49,268 bases of DNA from positions 1-49,268 of the forward strand of contig JAHLWZ010000416.1 of the NCBI GenBank assembly GCA_020536535.1, in the 5' to 3' direction. Origin of the DNA: Pelomyxa schiedti (lineage: Eukaryota > Protista > Evosea). How positions within the stretch are numbered: position 1 is the stretch's first letter; each line of letters opens with the position of its first letter. Both the position numbers and the translations under genes were made by a program. This document shows, piece by piece, positions 30,192-39,476 of the stretch. The notes under the pieces are model-generated. The model saw only the letters and a program-made list of their open reading frames with translations. It was not told where the DNA came from and did not search any database.

Positions 30192-32570
30192 TCAGAGCCC
30201 ATCATCACTGCTGTCATCATCACTTGAAAGCTCTTCATCATCACTTTCTCCACTACACATGGAACATATTCGGCGAAGTACTTTCTGAGCAAGGGGGTCG
30301 TTTTCAGCAGCAACCAGTCTGATGAACTTTACTGCTGTTCTTACATCCACAGTACCCACTCCTGTGCCATCTAGGAAGCAGGCGCCAAGTATGTACCTTG
30401 AATTGTGGTCACCACAAGAAGCTGCCTGGTAGAACAGCCCAAGCGCTTTCTTGGTGTCCTTGACAACACCATTACCCCAGAAGAAGCAGTCACCCAGATA
30501 ATTCATTGCCTTGGCGTGCCCATCATCGGCGGCCCTCTGAAACAACGCTGCTGCTTTTGCCTCATCCCAGTCAGCACCTATGCCACTGTGGTAGCAGAAC
30601 CCAATGTCAAAGGCCGAACCTGTGTGCCCAGAATCAAGTGCCAGCTGGTAGAGTTCAGCAGCCTGGCGGGGGTCTCTCTCAACACCTGTTCCGTTCCAGT
30701 AACACTCAGCCAGGTTGTGAATAGCATCACTGAGCCCCGCTTCAGCACCTCTCTGATACAATTCCGCTGCTCTGGCAGTATCCTTGTCAACCCCTTGGCC
30801 ATGGAGATAACAGCTCCCTAGGTCGTTGGCTGAACTGGTGCAGCCGGCATCAAGGGCTTGCTGGAAGAGAGCGGCTGCTTTCTGGAGGTCTTGCTTTGCA
30901 CCGATGCCTTTGTAGTAACACTCAGCCAACTTGTGGATTGACCAGGGACTTCCTGCATGCGTGACAACATGTGTGTAAAACGAGAGGAGCTCATCAGGTG
31001 TTGGAGGTTCGATGATATCCATCAGGAATCTGTGAGCATCCACAAGGGGAGTCCTCTTTGAGGGTTCGAACTGGAGCAACCCGCGAACGAGGTCACAGAA
31101 CTTCTTTGGGAATGCTGGTGGCTGAATCGGGAACGACTCTTCACTCTCGAGTTCAAAGTGTATCAGTCCATCACTCTCGTTGCGGAAGTTGTCAGGGTAT
31201 CCAGGGAGAAGTGGTGGGTGCTGTTGGCCAACAGCACCCATTGCAAATTCAAACAGAATGCATCCAAGTTCAAATGATCCTTGCTGTGTTTTTTTTGTTT
31301 GATCAGAGATTGGAAGAAGGAAGGACATTCTGCACACACCATTTCACAGTTCACAAAGCCGCCATGTTGTGAAGAAATTGCATTGAGAATCTCAGGTGCA
31401 ACGAGGCTTGTGTTCTTCAAAGGGGGAGCAAACACAAACTCTGAAACAAGTTTTGTGAATCGTGGTGTCTTGTTTCCCTCATCATCAAATTTCATTGTGT
31501 GACCAACAAGGTCTGTCAGGATCACTTGTTCGTTGTTCTTTTTTATTGGTTGTTGTTTTTTGTTTAGGGTGAGCATCAGTAGTTAAATTTAGAAAATACA
31601 CACAGAAGAGACAGCGATGGTGTCCAATGTCAGATTGAAGTGAATGACTTTGTTGTTGAACAGGTGAACAAGGGCGGCACTGATGTCCCTTGAATACTTG
31701 TGCACAATGCTCCACGGTGTAGTGGTTGCTGTTTCTGTTGTTGTTGTGTATGCGAGTGGCGCCACAGTTTTCAACAGGAAATTTCGCAGTGTGTCAGGGT
31801 GGTGCTCAAGAACAATCCAAGTCAACAAGCGGGATTTCGTCCCACCATTGAGCACGTGGGGGTCACACATCATCACCATCTCCTTTGCGGAAGCAGGGAG
31901 GGGATCGTAAAACTCCAGTGGGATGGTGTCCTGGAATCGGCAGAAGTACCGTGCAATGTTTGGATGCGGTTCAACCTTGATGCCAATTTGCGTGTAATTA
32001 GCACCACCATTTTCCTGGAAATTGAAGAGAGCCTTGAGGATGTATGATTGGTTGCTGAATAAACCAGGGTGTCCCTTCCCAACGCACTTCACTTCAAAGT
32101 CAATCCCTGTTAAATGATGAAATTCTCTCAGAAGGAAATAAAATGAAACCCAAAACCTGCAACAGAAGAAGAACAGTTCAGCACCTTCACGAAACTGAAA
32201 TTCCTTCCCACAATTACACTACCACCTCCGCCTCCACCATCGGCACCACTTGTTGTTGTTTCCAAATTTTCTGCCAGCACCTGTTGTGTACTTGTTGTTG
32301 TTGCCTTTCTCCTCCTTTTCACCTCTGGTTGTTGCGCTTCTTGTTGTTGTTGTTGTTGTTGCTGTTGTGTTGCGACTCGGTGGCGTCATCGCCAGCTGCG
32401 TCGTCGTCGAGTCTGACGCGAGCCGCCTCCTCCAACCGCTTGAAGAACGCGGCCCGGTCCATCTCCGAGGCACAGGGAGAGGAACACCTTGGTTTGTAGC
32501 CGTGAGTATTATGGGACATTGTGTCGCGGGGATCGTCGTTTCTGCGCACACCACGACCACCGTCCTTCAT
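30192..32570 (-). CDS. Pseudokinase + Sel1-repeat protein, multi-exon
   Basis: Kinase-fold motifs YILKALFN, HPNIARY, IVLEH, IHFNLTLDTI, ILTDLVG, APE, SFELGCILFE, RGLLQFEPSKR, followed by ~6 Sel1 repeats. The 5' end is uncertain (frame change near 32320). Confidence 0.75.
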
Positions 32571-33000
32571 CGCTGAGCGACCACCGGTCCTTTTTTTTTT
32601 TTTTTTAATAGGTTCACTGGTGACTTACAATCATCTAAAGGATGATGCCTGAATCCATCATCCCCAAGGGTGCAGTGCTGGTGGTGACTCTGCGGAGGTG
32701 TGCAGCAGTGTTGTTGACAATGCTTAGACCGTGGATACTTAACTCTATCACCACTTATGTTGTTCATGTAAAAAGCACACTTGACACCTGTGCCACGGTC
32801 ATAAGCACTGATGCGGCTTATGACCCGACACATGGCGGGAGGAAAGTGAAAGTGAAACCAGAACGATGAGAATAAAATACAGGAAGTAACTGTCATCTTT
32901 GTATGAATACTGCATTTTGCAGGTTTCATTCTCAGAGATGCTGCCAATTAATTATAATTATATTATAATTATCAGATTATTATCTCTGAGAATTATATAA

Positions 33001-34245
33001 CTAGAACGGTGGTGCTTCGCACCACGTAATGGGAGCGAAGCGCGGAGAATAACTGTGCATCTAAGTCTGATTCTCAGTGATTCCCTAAGAATCAGAGATG
33101 ATGGGTTCAGAAAAGCAACTGTCAGTGCATGGAGATGGACGCATGTGTGTTGGTTAAACACAATGATAGCAACCTTTAGGGACATTGTAGTGCTGACCTG
33201 GTTCTTACAGCATGAATACTAACTCCTTACAATAACCGCTGTTCACAACCTCTTTAAGAGGCCCAGCCTATGCGCCTCGTCGAGGGAGAGGCAGCCTCCT
33301 GGCCCGCAGGAGAGCAGCAGCGAGCTCCGCCGGTGCCGCATCGCAGGGGGAGGGGCCCCGCCCCTCCCCCTGTCCCCCTCCCACTGATGCCGGCCGCGAG
33401 CAGCGCCCTGCGGCCGCGAGCAGCGCCCTGCGGCCGCGAGCAGCGCCCTGCGGCCGCGAGCAGCGCCCTGCGGCCGCGAGCAGCGCCCTGCGGCCGCGAG
33501 CAGCGCCACATCGCAGGGGGATGGGCTGCGCCCCTCCCCCTGACCCCCTCCCTCACAGCAACCAGTTGCAGACTACTGTCATTGCCAGACCCTTATGGAC
33601 CGGGGATTCTCAGTCCGACACTCTTCCTCATCGAGCGCGGACATCAAGTGGAACGTACCCTGTATTAAGCTGACGGTGATGCACTGATTGCTGTAATGAG
33701 GCGATTCCTGGACGTCGTACGCATAGTGCACATACCACTCGCCCACTACTGTATCACAGAACGCACTATGGTAGATACGCCACAACAGGAAGTCCTCTGA
33801 CGTTCATCTGCAACTGGTACACGAAACAAGCCAATTCCCAACTGGCGACGTCTGCCCCTTGGCAGTCGCAGGCGCGTACGTCTAACGTACGCGCCGTTAA
33901 GCGGCACCAAGCGTCTTGTGTCTGAGCCACAAATTCGAAAATCCCATAATCGGAAAAGGAGATACAGATACAGATCGCAGTGGCGATGCGGCAGTAGTCC
34001 CGAAGGCCACCCGCTCTATGACGACACTCAAGGCACGCCGCGGACCGCCCCGCGACCTCTCCCTCGGTAGTTGTCGCAAATCGCTTTCTCCCTCAGAAAG
34101 GGCTTATGCCGCTCCAGTTTGCCCGAAAAGTTGTTTCCTTCCGAAAAAACGGAGGAAAAAATTGAATTATTTATTATTCAGCATATCCCCTCCCCGGACC
34201 TCTTCCCCCCTTTAGGCAGAGTGTCGCTTCGCTCCCATTATATTA
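33001..34245 (-). mobile_element. Non-autonomous Helentron/Helitron-like element
   Basis: Perfect 16-bp IR TAATGGGAGCGAAGCG (33027-33042) / CGCTTCGCTCCCATTA (34225-34240), hairpin GTGGTGC-TTC-GCACCAC (33009-33025), and terminal CTAG (33001-33004) followed by T on the minus strand. Confidence 0.65.
33390..33507. repeat. GC-rich 20-bp minisatellite (CGGCCGCGAGCAGCGCCCTG), ~6 copies
   Basis: Direct tandem repeat bracketed by two ~47-bp imperfect direct repeats (CATCGCAGGGGGA...CCCCTCCCCCTG.CCCCCTCCC). Confidence 0.95.
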
Positions 34246-34423
34246 TCTTATCTCTGAGAAGCCCCCAACTGTGAACGACTTTGGGGTTGGAAGAGTTGTC
34301 TGGAGTAACCATTCTAAAGAACAACGCTGAGATCTTTGACTGTCAACCAGATGGAGTCTGAAGTATTTGCAATTTTTTTGTTTTTGAAACAAATGCCTTT
34401 TTTTTAAAAAGTCATTTTAGCAC

Positions 34424-34850
34424 TCACTTGTGAGCACACATACAATATCCAGAGAGGAGAGGAGAGGAGAGGAGAGAGGGACCAACAAGAGAGTCAAAAG
34501 TATAAGGATCAGTTGGGACAAGTATCATCGTAAACGACGCGATGTACCACACAGACGCCGCGGTGGCCGCCACCACCAGCCCCGCCGACGCCAGCACCGG
34601 AGGACCCGCCCGGCGCGCCCTTGCCCGTCGCCCGCCCCGCCCAGCAGCCCCCGCCACCTTGCGCCCGGCCCCGTCTTCCTCAGACGCCGCCACCACACCC
34701 CCCCCCGGTAGCCGTTGTCGTCTGAGCAGCAGCGCGATGGGACCAAGGCGCTCGAGGTGCCGGCGGCTCCGAGGAGGAGGAGGCGCTGGGGTTGTCGTTG
34801 GGAGGAGCCGCCAGATCTGTCCTGGGGACACTGCGAAGGAGTTGGACATA
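34424..34850 (-). pseudogene. GC-rich gene-like fragment ending in a hydrophobic segment
   Basis: MSNSFAVSP...VLASAGLVVAATAASVWYIASFTMILV lies between mobile elements with no clear continuation. Confidence 0.25.
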
Positions 34851-35238
34851 CCGAAACGGAAGGGGGTGGTGGTTTGTTGGGACTGAGGCTTGTTGTGACG
34901 GCAGACATGGGCTGGCTTGGTGGAACCGATCCACCTGCTTTCTTCTTCTTGGTCAGTGTTTCTTCTTGTTCCTTTCTTCTCCTTGATCAGTGTTGACATC
35001 AGCACACTGTTAGAGTATTCCCGGAAACGGTAACTGATGTGCTGAATAAAAAAAAACACCAGAAACGAAAAGTGACAACAACATGAAGAACGCCCAGGTC
35101 GGCCAAGCCAAAGTTTTTGGCTAAAATGACTCAACACACACATTACATCGTAAATTGACCTGCCAGTCTGGTACTCAGTAGACTTTCCCGAATTTATAAT
35201 TAATCGACTTCCCAGCACTTTTTGGCGATTTTTTGGTA

Positions 35239-36070
35239 CAACTCGATTTTTCATCTGTGGCGGCTGCCAACTGGCAGAACCCGCAACAACACAGCCAACG
35301 CCCAACAAACCACAACTGGCAATAAAAAGTGGGTGGCAGCAATACAAACATGTGGATGAAAAAAAGAAAATTTTTTTTTGTGGTGTGGTTGGATGCCCAC
35401 GCCCACGCCCACGCCCACACTCAGCAATCCCATTCTCATGGTGGATCCGTTCTCCATCACCCAACCACCTACTTCCCTGGTGAAGCAGACGCAGGTTAAA
35501 AAAAAATGGTAGCGAGACCAAACGCAACAAAACACAGAACCACAACAGCAAAAAAACGAAGATGACCACAGCAATCGCTCGGAGGTGCCGACCAGCCGTC
35601 CGACGGACTTAGGTTTTTTTAGTTTTTTTCACGGGACTTCACAGCCCACGAAGGCAATTTGATTTCCATACGTTTCTTTTGATCAAAAAAAACCCTTCGT
35701 TGTTCAAAGCATTTTCTTTTTCTTTAATTAACTCAACAAACCGCAAAGCCGCTCGTCGGTACGTAAACCACGGTCCGCTTTTCTCGTTTTCGCCCACTGT
35801 AAATAAAAAGAAAACCATTTTTTGTAATTTTTCTCTTTTTTTCCCCCGATTGCCAGCTGGTTCGTTTCAGCGTTGTTGGGCAGCTGGTGGTTGTTGCTGC
35901 TTGTTGTGGTTGGTGTTGCCATTGACGGTTGTCATACTGTTGTTGTTGTTGTTTTTGTTGTTTGTTCTGTTGGCGTTGGCCATTGCCGTGCTGTTGTCTG
36001 TTGTTGTCAGTTAGTTGTCAGTTGGCGCAACTCGGAAAACACCAAGTTGTGGGTGGCAAAAATCGAGTTG
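35239..36070. mobile_element. Putative TA-flanked MITE with 13-bp TIRs
   Basis: TA|CAACTCGATTTTT ... AAAAATCGAGTTG|TA (TA at 35237-38 and 36071-72), with weak subterminal similarity (GCCAACTG.CA). Confidence 0.55.
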
Positions 36071-36072
36071 TA

Positions 36073-37931
36073 CACCGGGGGGCGAGTCAAATGAGAAAAA
36101 CAGAATTTTTTAGTGAGCAAGGCAGCGTGAAGCGGCCCGATTTTGCGGGGATTTGTTGATGTTTTGTGCCGCGGGGCGGTTGGCGCGGCGCCGCGGCGGC
36201 AGCGCGGCGTGTGTGTTCGTTGAATCGGGTCTCGCCGCGGCTGTGCGGCACTGACATAAATGGGTTTTGGCGATTGTTCAGTGGTTTGTGTCTTTTCATT
36301 ATCACAAAAGAAATCGACGAGGGGAGGCCATGCCGCCAGTGTGAGGAGGAGCAAGCGGTACTCTCCCATTTGCTTTTTGTTGTCTTCTTCGCCACAACTG
36401 TTCTGTTTTTATTTATCGGAGTGGTGTTTTTGATTTTATTATTAAAATACAAATTAAATTTGATTTATTTTAAATAATTATAATGTATTAACCATTATTA
36501 TTTATTTAATTTAATGGTTATATATGCGTATTAATTAATAATATATACGCCTCCAGTTCTTTTTTCCATTCGACCTGTATTAGAAGTCTCCGCATTACAC
36601 CAGTATTTACGCCGCTTAAAACCTGTATTAGAAGTCTCCGCTTTCCGCCAGTATGTGGCTTCTTCTCACGGGAATTAATAATAATAATAATTTAGGTGCC
36701 GGACGTGGTGTCTTGTAATCCCAGCTGGCTAGGTAAGTTCCTTCTGCATTTTTTTATACTGGCACGGTGGTATGTAGCTTTTTTTTTACAGCTGCGCCAG
36801 CTGCCCAGATGGCAACCGCCAACGTACATCCCTCCCCCCTCGTCATCCCACTCAAAGTACTAGGTACCAGACTGGGCACCAGGCCGAATTCCTCACACTC
36901 ACTCTCACCATCCTCACCTCACACCTCTATGTACAAGCCTGAAGTCGAAAATCGACTTCAGGCAAAAAAAAAAAGTTTTATGCCCTTAAGTCCTTGGCTA
37001 AAAAATCGTGCCACCCTTTTTTAAATCCACATTTTGAGAAGTGGGCGTTGTGGGTACACATGAGAGTGAAAGAGTAAGAAGGGAAATTTGGGCCTGGTTG
37101 TGCACCCGTCACAGTAAAGTGTGGTAGTTGGAAAGCGGAAAAGCGGGAGAGTGGGTAAGGGAAGTTGGGGTTGGTCAGTCCGGTACCTACAACTGTTTAG
37201 CAATGACAAAAAAGGAGAAGGATGTACGTCAGTGGTTGTCATGTCAGCAGCGGCAGGAAGGTTGACCACCTAAGTGTAAAAAAAAAAAAAAAAAAAAAGC
37301 ATACCAGTGTCCCAGCGCTGAAAGAACAGATGGAATTTACCTTGCCCGCTGGAATGATAGTTATCTACTATGGGAAAAAGAAAACAAAGAAACAAGAAGC
37401 CACATACCAGTGGAAGGCACGGAAATACATAAAAGGGGTGAGGCAATGCTGTAGGCCTAATACAAGTCGTAAAGGTGTAAAAAATTAATTTTAATTAAAT
37501 TAATAATAAACAATTAAAAAAAATAAATTAAATTAAATTAATTGAAACAAACACGTCCAGAAATAAAACAATTAATATTAGATGGCACGACGTGATGGAA
37601 TAGACAACACAAGGCGGGTACCGCTTGTTCCTCTTCACCCCGGGGCGGCATGGTCTCCCCTCGTAGCAGTGATTTTTTTGATGATAGTGGAGATAAACAA
37701 AGAGGAAAGTCACTGCACAGTCTCCACAACCCCACACATGCCATTTATGTCAGTGCCGCGCAGCCGCGGCGAGACCCGATTCAACGAACACACACGCCGC
37801 GCTGCCGCCGCGGCGCCGCGGCAACCGCCCCGCGGCACAAAACATCAACAAATCCCAGCAAAATCGGGCCGCTTCACGCTGCCTTGCTCACTAAAAAATT
37901 CTGTTTTTCTCATTTGACTCGCCCCCCGGTG
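36073..37931. mobile_element. Non-autonomous TA-flanked foldback/Tc1-mariner-like element with 191-bp TIRs
   Basis: 36073-36263 versus the reverse complement of 37741-37931 shows 3 mismatches by eye. Termini are TA|CACCGGGGGG ... CCCCCCGGTG|TA. The inner arms remain homologous in inverted orientation. Confidence 0.85.
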
Positions 37932-37989
37932 TATAAATGTGCCGGTACGGTACCTGGCGCCGGCATTGTCATCACCCGTCGACTATTCC

Positions 37990-39440
37990 CTACGTACATG
38001 GTCTCATACCACAACAACCAGCATCTAAGAACACGAGAGGATGAACGCGGGGGGCTGCACCGCAACAACAGAGTTCGTCTCTGCACCAGTACGACCACAA
38101 CGACAGCGTCATCAGGCAGGTGCGGGGCGGTGTTGTGCGGGTGCTGTGCGGTGCGACGCCGTTGTGGTGCTCTCCACGCCCAATCATCATGGCTTGGACG
38201 TGGTGGCTGTGGAGACAGAGACCGAGGAAAAGGGGAAAGGAGGAAATAGGCCGAGATAGTCCAGGACTTGGAGAACGCGCAGGTCGAGGCAATGGTGGCG
38301 TGGCTCATGTCTAGGGTGCCGAGCTTCATGCAGCCGTTGTGGAGGCAACACAGGGCTTGGAATCGAATACTGCCAGGACACACTTTGCTAAGCAATGGTT
38401 GTGTATACTCAACTGTGATCTCTGGAAAGAGGCGGAGCTGAGAGGTATGTTATTTTACCCATTGTAATAATATTTATGGATAACACAACCCGATCGCAGC
38501 ACAATCTACCCATCACGCATTCACACAATTTCCAATCACACAATCAAGCAATCACTTCACGCAATCACAGCCAATCTAATACCACAAACCAGAGAAACCT
38601 GTGTTCATCTTGTATGATTTGATGGGGACATCATGGTGGCTTGCCCTGAAGCTAGTATAATTGAAATAGATGATGTCCTCACTGTGGTTTGGGATTTGCT
38701 CTCTAATGCAAGCACACATAAGCCATTATTGAGCACCATAGGTATGCACTACCAGATTTCTGAAGTGCTGATATTCCGCTATCAGAGAAACTTTTGCATG
38801 AACAGCGGTCTAGCCTTTCCATGTACAAGGAAGGCCTAGAGCACATCATTGAGAGAAATACAAAGACTAGTAATGGGTTGCCCCCGATGGCTTGGAGACG
38901 AAGGCTCCAGATGTCAGAATGTGTCCTCAGTTCCAAGGTTGTTTCCTGCACACCTCCATGTGGAGCAGCCTGGGCTGCCACCAACACACTCGACTACAGC
39001 AAGGAGTATTATGCGGCTTATAAAATTGGTATGGTCCTTTTGACCCTCACTACCTCTCACCCACTTCATACTGCAGATGTCAATCTGGTGTATGACCTCG
39101 AGAGGCCTTTGAATGTCACTCAGGTAGAGGTCAAGAATCGCAGCGGCGAAGGTGTGAATGACAGAGTCATGGTTCAACCTGTTGGCCAGCAACTCCCTCG
39201 ATGCTGCTAGCAACTGGGTTCCAGTGATTGTGATTGAGTGTGGAGAGGCCGATCCTTCAGGAGGACTGGCTGGTTAGTGAGAGTTACAAAGAATTCATTC
39301 TCAAGAACAACAACTCCAGGTTGACAGTGACGGTCAAATTCATTGACCTGCACCCACTCACCTGACTCAAACAACACCACCAAACCCATTCAAACCGAAA
39401 AGAATCATTTGGCTTTCGGTCTGTTGATTCCAAACCAACA
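37990..39440 (+). pseudogene. Degenerate coding-like region upstream of the RING/B-box gene, possibly a decayed kinase-like N-terminus
   Basis: Fragmented ORFs with stops. LDYSKEYYAAYKIGMVLLTL resembles the kinase subdomain IX region. Confidence 0.3.
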
Positions 39441-39476
39441 TGGTTCATCAAGGGATTTCCCAGAAACCTTCGGAAA

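Noticed and set aside
33390-33507. CRISPR-like array
   Set aside because: No spacers; it is a plain tandem minisatellite in a eukaryotic genome.
34424-35569. 381-aa ORF as one gene or transposase
   Set aside because: It crosses the element boundary at 35239, has a non-ATG start and shows no DDE motif.
36937-36975. Bacterial rho-independent terminator
   Set aside because: The T-run precedes rather than follows the hairpin, and the context is eukaryotic.
36007-37917. Twin ORFs (36087-36452 and 37582-37917) encoding the same peptide
   Set aside because: The identity comes from the TIRs and there is no transposase motif.
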